Assembly (NCBI GenBank): GCA_943359705.1
Contig: CALRIB010000002.1
Span: forward strand, 1 to 33,090
Length of the DNA: 33,090 nucleotides
Reading direction: 5' to 3'
From: Candidatus Nomurabacteria bacterium
GTDB taxonomy: Bacteria; Patescibacteriota; Minisyncoccia; Phycocordibacterales; UBA2100
Position 1 is the stretch's first letter. Every line of letters starts with the position of its first letter. This document shows, in pieces, positions 7,507 to 15,400 of this stretch. The translations under genes were made by a program, and so were the position numbers. The notes beneath the pieces were generated by a model that saw nothing but the letters and a program-made list of their open reading frames with translations, had not been told where the DNA came from and ran no database searches.

Positions 7507-7578
7507 TGCGCGGTGAGGGATTTGAACCCCCGACCCTCCCCGTGTAAAGGGGTTGCTCTACCACTGAGCTAACCGCGC
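7507..7578 (-). tRNA. tRNA-Val (anticodon UAC)
   Basis: Acceptor GCGCGGT/ACCGCGC, D arm GCTC-AGTGGTA-GAGC, anticodon loop TTTACAC, T arm GGGGG-TTCAAAT-CCCTC. Confidence 0.85.
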
Positions 7579-7624
7579 ATCTATTTACTGCGCTACGTGT
7601 GCGCAACGGCTCTTCCGAGCCGGG

Positions 7625-7696
7625 TGCCCTCGCGAGGAATCGAACCTCGAATAGCGGCTTAGAAGTCCGCAGTTATATCCATTTAACTACGAGGGC
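7625..7696 (-). tRNA. tRNA-Arg (anticodon UCU)
   Basis: Acceptor GCCCTCG/CGAGGGC, D arm GTTA-AATGGATA-TAAC, anticodon loop CTTCTAA (one A31:G39 mismatch in the stem), 4-nt variable loop, T arm CGAGG-TTCGATT-CCTCG. Confidence 0.8.
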
Positions 7697-8001
7697 AATT
7701 TGCTTCTTCCCCACGAACCGAATTGCACATAGGTCTTCCGCCTGTGGCAATTCGCACATCTTATCTCACATTTTTCTATCTCGCTAAGAAGGGACTTCCA
7801 TGACCAATGCCCGGATAACATTCTAGCTATAGTCTTGAACTTCTTTTTAGTATCCGTGTGATCAAATTCTAGAACGATTGGATCGTTTTCACCGCAATCC
7901 GCGCATTTCTTAGACGACAAGAATTCCAGCAATGCCCGCCGAATCCGGACTCGATGTCTCTTTTGTGCCGCATACAAGTCTGTTCTATTTTTGTAGGCCA
8001 C
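7687..8001 (-). CDS. HNH endonuclease (small, free-standing)
   Basis: CADCG...LEFDHTD...CEIRCANCHRRKT (Cys4 plus HNH core). Low GC. GTG start at 8001 with TGaTATAAT (8008-8016) 6 nt upstream. Last 10 nt overlap the tRNA-Arg(UCU) 5' end. Confidence 0.8.
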   Translation of the reverse strand: MAYKNRTDLYAAQKRHRVRIRRALLEFLSSKKCADCGENDPIVLEFDHTDTKKKFKTIARMLSGHWSWKSLLSEIEKCEIRCANCHRRKTYVQFGSWGRSKLPS

Positions 8002-8048
8002 CCCTGGATTATATCACTTCGTTCTAACCCACTTCTAGTCAGGTAAAT

Positions 8049-8384
8049 CTATTTCGACGGATCGGTTACGTTCTCCGGACTCGTCTTCAGCGAATCATAT
8101 TGTGCGCGGCGCGCAGAAAAGGCGTCGATGGTGCTCTTGAGCTGGGCGGTATTCAATTTGAGGGCACCGGCGCCGTTTGAGACGACGAGACTCGGGTCTT
8201 CGAAATCGCCGCGTGCGTAGAAGAGCATGAAAATACCGCCGGCGACTGCGAGTGCGATAACGAGTGCCGTCATCGTGAGGAGCGAGTACCAATAGACGCG
8301 GGTGAGTACAGTTGTGTATTCGGGCTCGTTGCGATACGCATACGCATCACGCATGCGCTCCCAGATGTTCGTGAAGAAACTCAT
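8049..8384 (-). CDS. Single-pass membrane protein, last gene of the pilMN cluster
   Basis: Start set at ATG 8384 (MSFFTNIWERM...), overlapping the upstream stop as ATGA (8381-8384). One TM (LLTMTALVIALAVAGGIFMLF). Confidence 0.5.
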   Translation of the reverse strand: MSFFTNIWERMRDAYAYRNEPEYTTVLTRVYWYSLLTMTALVIALAVAGGIFMLFYARGDFEDPSLVVSNGAGALKLNTAQLKSTIDAFSARRAQYDSLKTSPENVTDPSK

Positions 8385-8923
8385 ATCGATACGTCTGAAC
8401 TCGTAAGCGCATGCATGTGCACGACGACGCGCCACAAAACCGGCCCTTTATCGGTGTTTGGTATCTGACCAAACTGAAACTGATCAACGGCAGAAGGAAT
8501 AGGAAGCAATGAGAGGAGCTTGGCCACATGCACCACGGTCTCGAACGAGCCGTTCGCTTCTACGACAAAATCCACACTGTGAAGGGGCGCCTTGTTGTCG
8601 GGCGCGGCCGAAAGTGATTGGCCGAGGGTAAGTTTGACTCCCGCGTCCTTACCCACCGCGTCGATGGCATCGACGACGGCTACGATTCCGACGGTGCCGA
8701 TATTCTCGAGTGCAGCGCGGGCGTCTTTCGTGTCGCGCGCCGTGGCGTGCAGACGCAAATTTGCCGCCTGCCGCGCATCGGCCGCTTCCGTGTCGACGCT
8801 CGCAGCCGCGCGCGCGTCAAAGGTGCCCATGAGCGTCCATGCAAAAAAACCCACCGCGCCCCAAAGCGACACCGCAGCGAGTAGCGTAATCCACGAGACG
8901 ATACTAGTGCGTGCCTTGGTCAT
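8381..8923 (-). CDS. PilO-position membrane-anchored protein (hypothetical)
   Basis: N-terminal TM (IVSWITLLAAVSLWGAVGFFAW), then coiled/Ala-rich segment and beta domain. Sits directly after pilN (1-nt gap). Confidence 0.45.
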   Translation of the reverse strand: MTKARTSIVSWITLLAAVSLWGAVGFFAWTLMGTFDARAAASVDTEAADARQAANLRLHATARDTKDARAALENIGTVGIVAVVDAIDAVGKDAGVKLTLGQSLSAAPDNKAPLHSVDFVVEANGSFETVVHVAKLLSLLPIPSAVDQFQFGQIPNTDKGPVLWRVVVHMHALTSSDVSI

Positions 8924-8924
8924 A

Positions 8925-9449
8925 TCAGAAGGTGCCCGTGACGGTTACGGAGAAGTGCCCGTCGTCGGTGCCGGTCAGAGCTCCGATGGGAACGGCTACA
9001 TTGTTAAAGTTCGGATTTTTTCGCAACAACTCCCCGTACGTGTTAATCGCTTCCCGCGTATTTGATGTGCCGCTGAGCACGAGCGTCGCCGGATTTCCCG
9101 GACTCAGAGCAAAGCTTTGCACCGTTACCCCTTCCGGACGCTGCGCAATCGTTGCCAGCGCCGCGTCGATGCTTGCAACACTCGAACTCGAAACCGGCGC
9201 AAGAAGCCGCAAAAGCTGCTGTGCTCGCAGGATACCTGCCTGATCGGTTTTTTCCTGATCGTTCCTTGGCGCCGGAAGCGGCGCGTCGTTACCCGTGTCG
9301 CTTGCGTTGACGACGAGGTACGCGGGAAGAAGCGCAAGGAGTGCGATGAACGCGCAGAGGATGGCCGCGAACGAGCCCGCAAGAATAAACCGGGCGCGCT
9401 GTTCCGCGCGAAGTTTTTTTTGTGCGTTTTCGGGAAGTACGTTGGCCAT
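8925..9449 (-). CDS. pilN: Type IV pilus assembly protein PilN-like
   Basis: N-terminal MANVLPENAQKKLRAEQR..., a PilN-like N-terminal motif followed by a single TM. Lies directly downstream of pilM. Confidence 0.6.
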   Translation of the reverse strand: MANVLPENAQKKLRAEQRARFILAGSFAAILCAFIALLALLPAYLVVNASDTGNDAPLPAPRNDQEKTDQAGILRAQQLLRLLAPVSSSSVASIDAALATIAQRPEGVTVQSFALSPGNPATLVLSGTSNTREAINTYGELLRKNPNFNNVAVPIGALTGTDDGHFSVTVTGTF

Positions 9450-9498
9450 GGAACTAGTGCGTAGTGGCTAGTGCGTAGTTGGTAGAAAAATACATAGT

Positions 9499-10620
9499 TC
9501 AGACGCCGCGCAGTGCGAGACCGATAGCGGTGCCGTACTGGAACGATGTACGGCGGTCGATGGGCGGAATGTAGTCGTCAAAGGAGCAGACGTTGCGCCA
9601 CATATCTGGCTGCAGAGTCGAGGCCTGTACCCTTCCTGCGATGTAGTCGTCGAGCCCGCGCAGGTTGGAAGCACCGCCGACCAAGTACACCTGCTCGACG
9701 GGTGTCGCGCGCGCGCCGTGCTCATCCCGTCGCGTGTCCCAGTAGTGGTAGAGGCGCGCCACTTCGTCGGCGAGTGCAGAGGCCGCACCGGTCAGGGCTT
9801 CGAGGCCGGGCGAACGCGCGCCCTCGGTCGGCAAAAGTCCCTGGTCGTTATTGAATGCGCGGGCGTCTTCTTCGGAAACTTTGAGGACATCCATGACCGC
9901 GTGCGTCATAGCGTCGCCGCCCACCGCGACCGTGGAAGTAAAAATGGGCACGCCGCCTTTCAAGACTGCAAGCCCGGTGCGGGCGCGGCCGAAATCGACG
10001 AGAAGTGTGATGGGTTCATCGTGCACACCCGAAACCGCACGGGCGATGGAGCGCGCTTCGACTTCGAGCGAAAGCAGTTGCAAACCGGCGGCGTCGAAGG
10101 CGGCCACGTAACTCTCCGCGAGTTCGCGCGGAAAGACGACAACTCCTATCTCTTCCCCCTGCTCCTCATGCTTCACAATGGTATTGAAATCGTACACGGC
10201 GGCGGAGGGTGCGATGGGTACGCGCCCCTGAAGTTCAAATTCGATGAGGTTCAATATTTGGTCACGCGCCGAGCCGTCGGGCACATGCATGTTGAAGACG
10301 TACGCCGCTTCTTCAGGAAGCGCCGCATGCGCCGCAGTGACTCCGCCCATCTTCTTTTTCACTTCCGCGAGCGCAGCGCCGAGTTTGGGGACATCGTGCA
10401 CGAGTCCGGCCACCACGATACCGGGCGAGAGTTCCTCTTCCCCGTATGTGCGCACGCGCATGACACCGGGCTGTCCTTCCAGTGCCAGCCATTTTATCGA
10501 CGTATCAGAGATATCGATACCTGCCGCGGGCGGCTTTAGTATGCGCGGCATCGGAAACCATCGCTCTACGAATTGCGACGTAGCTCGACGTGCAGCAGAA
10601 AAGCCGGGAGGCAATTTCAT
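9499..10620 (-). CDS. pilM: Type IV pilus assembly protein PilM (actin-like ATPase fold)
   Basis: ...AAGIDISDTSIKWLALE...LLVDFGRARTGLAV...VYLVGGASNLRGLDDYI... is the PilM/FtsA-like pattern. ATG 10620 has TATAAT (10627-10632) 6 nt upstream. Alternative ATG at 10551. Confidence 0.8.
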   Translation of the reverse strand: MKLPPGFSAARRATSQFVERWFPMPRILKPPAAGIDISDTSIKWLALEGQPGVMRVRTYGEEELSPGIVVAGLVHDVPKLGAALAEVKKKMGGVTAAHAALPEEAAYVFNMHVPDGSARDQILNLIEFELQGRVPIAPSAAVYDFNTIVKHEEQGEEIGVVVFPRELAESYVAAFDAAGLQLLSLEVEARSIARAVSGVHDEPITLLVDFGRARTGLAVLKGGVPIFTSTVAVGGDAMTHAVMDVLKVSEEDARAFNNDQGLLPTEGARSPGLEALTGAASALADEVARLYHYWDTRRDEHGARATPVEQVYLVGGASNLRGLDDYIAGRVQASTLQPDMWRNVCSFDDYIPPIDRRTSFQYGTAIGLALRGV

Positions 10621-10679
10621 TCAGCAATTATAACCCGCCTACCGGCCGGCAGACCTGCCTGCCGTGAGGTAGGCGCGTT

Positions 10680-11009
10680 TCAACCGAGCTTCGTGCCGGG
10701 CGGAAGCACACGCTCGGGGAAAAGGAGCGCCACGCCCGCCTCGTCTTTCGCGGCAATGAGCATTCCCTGACTCTCCACACCGCGGAGCGTCCGCGGAGCG
10801 AGATTCACGATGTACGGAAGTTGCTTGCCGACGAGTTCCTCCGGTTTTTTCCATTCTGCAATGCCGGAGACGATGGTGCGCTGCCCTAATTCACCGAAAT
10901 CGATCGTGCACTTGATGAGCTTGTCGGTCTCGGGTACGAGTTCTGCCGCGAGCACGGTGCCCACGCGGATATCAAGCTTTGCAAAATCTTCGTATTGAAT
11001 TTCTCCCAT
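10680..11009 (-). CDS. tRNA-binding domain protein (CsaA / EMAP-II-like)
   Basis: FAKLDIRVGTVLAAELVPETDKLIKCTIDFGELGQRTIVSGIAEWKKPEELVGKQLPYIVNLAPRTLRGVESQGMLIAA is the OB-fold tRNA-binding domain. Confidence 0.8.
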   Translation of the reverse strand: MGEIQYEDFAKLDIRVGTVLAAELVPETDKLIKCTIDFGELGQRTIVSGIAEWKKPEELVGKQLPYIVNLAPRTLRGVESQGMLIAAKDEAGVALLFPERVLPPGTKLG

Positions 11010-11012
11010 ACC

Positions 11013-11408
11013 TTAGTCTATCGCGGGCGTGCGCATGTCTAAATAGCGCTGCAGTATGAGCGCCGCAGCGGCAGCGTTGTTGTGCTCGTTGCCTTTCTCG
11101 GCGTACCGCGAGGCCTCGATGGAACTCCCCGCTTCGCGCGCGTATTCACTCTCTATCTGTGTGGCCTTCGCGAGCTCACCGACAAATTTCTCCAGCTCCG
11201 GTGTGACCGTATTTGCGCCGCCCTCCCACGTGCGCGTGTCGCCGATGATTATTTTCTCGACTTTTCCTTCCTCGGCCATCCGCGTAATGAACTTGAAAAG
11301 GTGGTCGTCGTTGGCAATTTCGGCCCGCGGAAACGCAATCTTCCCGTCACTATCAGAAATAGCGAGTCCGACTCGCTTTGCACCATAATCTATGCCCAAA
11401 TATTTCAC
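11013..11408 (-). CDS. ruvX: Putative pre-16S rRNA nuclease / Holliday junction resolvase-like YqgF
   Basis: (V)KYLGIDYGAKRVGLAISDSDGKIAFP... GTG start at 11408 with TATACT (11415-11420) 6 nt upstream. Confidence 0.8.
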   Translation of the reverse strand: MKYLGIDYGAKRVGLAISDSDGKIAFPRAEIANDDHLFKFITRMAEEGKVEKIIIGDTRTWEGGANTVTPELEKFVGELAKATQIESEYAREAGSSIEASRYAEKGNEHNNAAAAALILQRYLDMRTPAID

Positions 11409-11489
11409 GCGTTCAGTATATACGAAGCCGTAGCGGCCTGCCGGTAGGCAGGCCTGCGCTCCGGTAGGCAGGCATCCGAAAGCGGGAAC

Positions 11490-11924
11490 CTATATACCGA
11501 ACCCGAATCCTCCGTGGCCGCGCCCCATCCCTTTACCCTTTGCCGGCTTCGCTGCAAGAGCCGCGAGCCGTGCATCCATCTGTGCCTGCGTGATGACGCC
11601 TTGGTCAACAAGCGCCTGGAGTTGCGCCTTGACCTGTGTCTGCCTGGCTGCGCCCAGCTTCACTTTGAGCTGGTCGGCGGAAATGCCGTTATCAGCGGCT
11701 ATCTGCGGAAGCGTCTTGCCTTCCGACCAGCCGGTCTTCAGAGCATCGACGGAAATTCCGAGCGTACTCGCCTCCTTCTGCAACATCGTCGTAAAACGCG
11801 ATGCAAGATCCGTAGGCGAGAGCGTGCCGAAGGCTCCGAGTGAGAGCGCTGAGGCGGTGCTTGCCGTGACGAAGAGAAGTCCGAGCGCCGGGAAGAGGCT
11901 ATAGAGCAATACTTTTCCTTTCAT
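11490..11924 (-). CDS. Secreted protein with signal peptide, Gly-rich C-terminus (hypothetical)
   Basis: MKGKVLLYSLFPALGLLFVTASTASA signal-like N-terminus, helical repeats, C-terminal GKGMGRGHGGFGFGI. Confidence 0.5.
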   Translation of the reverse strand: MKGKVLLYSLFPALGLLFVTASTASALSLGAFGTLSPTDLASRFTTMLQKEASTLGISVDALKTGWSEGKTLPQIAADNGISADQLKVKLGAARQTQVKAQLQALVDQGVITQAQMDARLAALAAKPAKGKGMGRGHGGFGFGI

Positions 11925-12011
11925 GAACTTTCTTTACCAATGCTAGTAATATCTTCGCCGTCCACCTCTAGAGAGTGTTCGGCTGCAGATAGTACACAAG
12001 CATCCGTCTTC

Positions 12012-12728
12012 TTATTTCATTCGCATTTCGTCTTCCAACATGCGTACGCCAAACGCCTGCACCGTATCCGTCGCTACTCTGTCTCCAAGGATGACGACGA
12101 AATCCCCTTCAGAAAAATCCGCGCCGTACGGAAGCCGCGTACGCGGGGAGACGCGTATCGTTGATGTCCCGTCTTCCTGGTCGACAATAATGAAGCCGCC
12201 GGGAATGAACCGCAGGATAGTACCGCGATAGAGGTCGGGATGTGCGGGATGGAAGACGCGATAGAGAGCACCGAGGGGTGCGGGAGCGTCACCTTGTCGT
12301 GCGTGCCGGTACATTTCGCGATGGAACGGCGTTTTCGCGATGAAAAATCCCCCGGCGGCGGCAAGAACCGCGAGCGCGAGAAGCGAAGTGACGAGCGAGC
12401 GGCGGTATACGAACGCATACCGACGCGCGAGTATTTCAAGCAACACGATAAACACGAAGACAAGCAGTATCAAAAGCCACGGGAGCGAGTGCAGGAGCGC
12501 GAGCCAGCCGCGCGAGCCGAAGGCGGGCTGGAACCACGCGCCGCTCTGGCGCAGGAAGAAGACCGCCAGGCTCGTGATGTACAAAAGTCCGGCAAATACT
12601 AGCGCTATGCCGGTAAACGCAAAGGCCGAAAAGAGGACGAAGTGCCAACGCGGTTTCATCTTCACGCTTCCCGCGCGAATTGCCGCTTCTACGCGCTCAC
12701 GCACTGTGTGTTCAGAATGTTCACTCAT
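12012..12728 (-). CDS. Polytopic membrane protein coupled to the ECF sigma factor (anti-sigma position)
   Basis: Start set at ATG 12728 ([13 protein letters not shown]...), overlapping the sigma gene stop by 8 nt. 4 TM, then a small beta-rich C-terminal domain. Confidence 0.55.
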   Translation of the reverse strand: MSEHSEHTVRERVEAAIRAGSVKMKPRWHFVLFSAFAFTGIALVFAGLLYITSLAVFFLRQSGAWFQPAFGSRGWLALLHSLPWLLILLVFVFIVLLEILARRYAFVYRRSLVTSLLALAVLAAAGGFFIAKTPFHREMYRHARQGDAPAPLGALYRVFHPAHPDLYRGTILRFIPGGFIIVDQEDGTSTIRVSPRTRLPYGADFSEGDFVVILGDRVATDTVQAFGVRMLEDEMRMK

Positions 12729-13281
12729 AGATGTCTTGGGGTTTGGCCATTTTTTGCAAGAGCGCTTTGCCGCGTGCGATGCGCACGCCGACTGTTGAGA
12801 CAGGGATGTGAAGCACTTCGGCGATTGTTTTGTAATCCATGTCCTCAAAATAGTACAGCACGAGCGGCTCGCGATATTTCACATCGAGCGCACTTAGATA
12901 CTTTTCGAGTGTCTCCCGGAGGCTCCGGTCGAGCGCGCGGTCATCGGCGCTCTCAGCAGCCGTGAGATGCGGAAAGATGGTGTCCATATCAAACTGAAAG
13001 AGAGGCGCACGCGAGCGCTTCGAGAGCGCGTTTACAAATTCGTTGTGCGCGATTCGGTAAATCCACGGCGAAAATCGGCGCGATGCATCGAAGCTCTGAA
13101 TGTTCTTGTACGTTTTTATAAAAATGTCTTGCACGATATCTTTCGCGTCGTCCGTGTCGCTCAGAAATTTCCGCGCATAGCGCGAAAGCTTGTCCTGGTA
13201 GCGCTCCACCAATTCACCAAAAGCCTCCGTATCCCCTTTTTGTACGCGCAGCGCGACTTCTTCATCGGTCTCTTTTTTCAT
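12721..13281 (-). CDS. RNA polymerase sigma factor, ECF (sigma-70 group 4) family
   Basis: Region 2 (...[20 protein letters not shown]...[13 protein letters not shown]) and region 4 HTH (...[27 protein letters not shown]). Confidence 0.85.
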   Translation of the reverse strand: MKKETDEEVALRVQKGDTEAFGELVERYQDKLSRYARKFLSDTDDAKDIVQDIFIKTYKNIQSFDASRRFSPWIYRIAHNEFVNALSKRSRAPLFQFDMDTIFPHLTAAESADDRALDRSLRETLEKYLSALDVKYREPLVLYYFEDMDYKTIAEVLHIPVSTVGVRIARGKALLQKMAKPQDIYE

Positions 13282-13685
13282 GCCAACTTCGACGTTTTGT
13301 ATATCTCCGGCTTGTACGCCGAGAGCCGCACGATGTCCACTGTAATACCGGCGGCAGCGAGCTTTTCTTTCAAATCCAGTACGTACTCGCCTTCTTGGTC
13401 ATAGCCAAGCGCAATGATGCTCGGCTTCGCTGCGATGATGTGGGGTATGTGGTCTCCCTCGTCGCCGAGCATCACCTCATCGACGAGCGGATTTTTTCGA
13501 ACATTCGCCAAGCGCGCTTTTTCCGAGTTGCGCGGCCGCGCACTCTTGATGCGCTCAACAATGTTGTCGCGCGCCACGGAAACGATGAGAAACGGTTCCG
13601 TCGCAAGAGCGCGGGCTTGCCGAAACATATCCTCGTGCCCGGCATGCACAATGTCGAACGTCCCGAAAACCATGATGCGCGTCAT
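13278..13685 (-). CDS. Cytidylyltransferase-fold nucleotidyltransferase, RibL-like (candidate FMN adenylyltransferase)
   Basis: [17 protein letters not shown] (GxFDxxHxGH) nucleotidyltransferase motif. 135 aa, same size class as archaeal RibL. ATGA overlaps at both ends (13278-13281, 13682-13685). Confidence 0.6.
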   Translation of the reverse strand: MTRIMVFGTFDIVHAGHEDMFRQARALATEPFLIVSVARDNIVERIKSARPRNSEKARLANVRKNPLVDEVMLGDEGDHIPHIIAAKPSIIALGYDQEGEYVLDLKEKLAAAGITVDIVRLSAYKPEIYKTSKLA

Positions 13686-14029
13686 ATCTTTTCTCCCTCG
13701 AAATACTTGCGGACAAAATACACGTCGCTCGCAATCGCCGTGTGGAGTGCCGTGTCTGTGTCAAAGACTTGGCTCTCGCGGATTTTCTTTTCGAGTTTGA
13801 TGGTCACTTCTTTTCCGTACAGGTCATCAGCAAAATCCAGCAAGTGCGCCTCCAGTACTTTTCGTTTCTGGTCGGCAAAAGCGGCAGCAATAAAATTCTG
13901 CTTCCCCACCATGACCCGCGCCGCATAGATCCCATCATCGCTTCCCGTAAGCGGAATATTCACCGTCGGAAATCCGAGCCCGGCCGCCCGTTTGGTACCC
14001 TTTTCGACTACTCCTTTATACGTATTCAT
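13682..14029 (-). CDS. Riboflavin kinase (stand-alone RibF C-terminal domain)
   Basis: Start set at ATG 14029 ([27 protein letters not shown]...GIYAARV...[30 protein letters not shown]). The track N-terminus runs through tRNA-Ser. ATG is 5 nt after the tRNA-Ser 3' end. Confidence 0.75.
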   Translation of the reverse strand: MNTYKGVVEKGTKRAAGLGFPTVNIPLTGSDDGIYAARVMVGKQNFIAAAFADQKRKVLEAHLLDFADDLYGKEVTIKLEKKIRESQVFDTDTALHTAIASDVYFVRKYFEGEKI

Positions 14030-14034
14030 ACCGG

Positions 14035-14119
14035 CGGAGGGGGTGGGATTCGAACCCACGATGCCTTTCGACATGGCAGTTTTCAAGACTGCTCGTTTGA
14101 ACCGCTCACGCACCCCTCC
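14035..14119 (-). tRNA. tRNA-Ser (anticodon UGA)
   Basis: Acceptor GGAGGGG/CCCCTCC, anticodon stem GCAGT/ACTGC with loop CTTGAAA, long variable arm CATGTCGAAAGGCATCG, T arm GTGGG-TTCGAAT-CCCAC. Confidence 0.85.
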
Positions 14120-14123
14120 GTGT

Positions 14124-14603
14124 TCAATCATTACCTTTCAACCAACTCTTTTCAAGGTGGTGCTCTTCGTAATGACAATTCGGGCAAACGAGCTCGAGAT
14201 TACTTGAATCGTTGTTCTTCCGGTTTCTATCTTTGTGATGCACATGCAATATTTCTTTCTTGTTGTAGCCGCATCGCTCGCAAGAGCCTCCCCGCTCCTC
14301 CAGAAGCCTGATTTTCATCGCCCGCTCGGCGACAACCTTATCACGCGGCCGACCGATCTTGTAGTGAATTCCTGTGCGATATTTATTCGAGCACGCACGG
14401 CTACAAGTTATTCTGTGCAAACTTGCGAGAATCGGCTTCGCACAAACGACACACGGTGACTCGTTCCGACTTGAGATACCGTAACATGCCTGGCCACAAT
14501 AGGCTCTGCCACTAGTAGCAGCGAGCTGAACAGGTCGACGATAAATTTGCTTACCGCAAATCGTGCACTTTGTATTTGGATTTCTTTTATACCGCTCCGC
14601 CAT
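14124..14603 (-). CDS. HNH endonuclease with N-terminal Cys-rich (zinc-finger-like) region
   Basis: Start set at ATG 14603 (MAERYKRNPNTKCTICGK...). ...CERCGYNKKEILHVHHKDRNRKNNDSSNLELVCPNCHYEEH is the HNH core. Low GC. TGgTATACT (14610-14618) 6 nt upstream. Stop 4 nt before the tRNA-Ser 5' end. The track extension to 14924 overlaps the HD gene. Confidence 0.8.
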   Translation of the reverse strand: MAERYKRNPNTKCTICGKQIYRRPVQLAATSGRAYCGQACYGISSRNESPCVVCAKPILASLHRITCSRACSNKYRTGIHYKIGRPRDKVVAERAMKIRLLEERGGSCERCGYNKKEILHVHHKDRNRKNNDSSNLELVCPNCHYEEHHLEKSWLKGND

Positions 14604-14641
14604 TCGGCCAGTATACCAGTTTTCCTTTACTCCAAGCGGGG

Positions 14642-15283
14642 CTATTCGCTCTCGCTGCCCGCAGCATCTATCCACTCGACTCCGGCTTTCTCGAACTGCG
14701 TCTTTAAATCTTTCTTTACTGCATCGAGCAGGTCCTTGAGCTCCGGAAAAGGTCGCGTTGCTTCGTCGAATGCGGCGACGGCGGCATCGGCGTACGACGC
14801 GTGGAATTCTTTGGGTATGTACATCTCCACGCCGCCTTCGGCGATATGCAGAAATCCCTCGATCTTGTCGAGCGCACGCACGAACCGCGCTTCTACCGTC
14901 CGCTGGTCGGTGTATTCGCGCCACAAATCGTAGACGGATTTTCCAAATGCTATGTCCCCCGTCATCTCACGCATCGCCTCGTCTTCTTTGGCCGTTTTGC
15001 GGACGGTCATTTTTTTCCCGGCGAGCATTTGCTCGTATGCGTCGATATCCCCGGTCTTCGCCTCCCCGAGGTCATGGACGAGGGCGAGCGAAAGCGTGCG
15101 ACCCATGTTGAGGCGCACCCTACACTCCGGGCCAATGATGAGCGCCATAAGCGCCAGGCGCCACGAATGCGCGGCGACCGTGTTTTGCTTGCCCCGTAGC
15201 GACGCGCCGTAGCGCTCGATGCTCTCGAGCTCCTTCGTGCGTCGCAGAAATATGAGGATATCTTCCATTTCCCGTCGTTTCAT
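14642..15283 (-). CDS. HD-domain phosphohydrolase, YfbR-like 5'-deoxynucleotidase
   Basis: ...NTVAAHSWRLALMALII...LALVHDLGEAKTGDI... (H...HD...D metal ligands in YfbR-like spacing). Confidence 0.7.
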   Translation of the reverse strand: MKRREMEDILIFLRRTKELESIERYGASLRGKQNTVAAHSWRLALMALIIGPECRVRLNMGRTLSLALVHDLGEAKTGDIDAYEQMLAGKKMTVRKTAKEDEAMREMTGDIAFGKSVYDLWREYTDQRTVEARFVRALDKIEGFLHIAEGGVEMYIPKEFHASYADAAVAAFDEATRPFPELKDLLDAVKKDLKTQFEKAGVEWIDAAGSESE

Positions 15284-15320
15284 TTGTTGTCAAAAGCACC
15301 AAGACACTGGCTGCCTAGGC

Positions 15321-15350
15321 TTGACTCGGGTATCATCCTTCACTTATAGT
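15321..15350 (+). promoter_or_regulatory. Candidate sigma-70 promoter for the TrmB-like/DNPH1-like operon
   Basis: TTGACT (15321-15326), 18-nt spacer, TATAGT (15345-15350), about 50 nt upstream of ATG 15401. Confidence 0.4.
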
Positions 15351-15400
15351 ACGGGCTCAAATGAGAGAGGCTTGTTTGTAAAAATACACTTTACAACTCT

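Noticed and set aside
10636-10677. GC-rich hairpin CGCCTACC...GGTAGGCG and the related CCGGTAGGCAGGC direct repeat at 11441-11473, considered as REP-like elements
   Set aside because: The copies are few and imperfect, and the similarity is limited to a short CCTGCC/GGTAGGC core. They most likely act as simple inter-operon hairpins, and the evidence for a repeat family within this window is insufficient.
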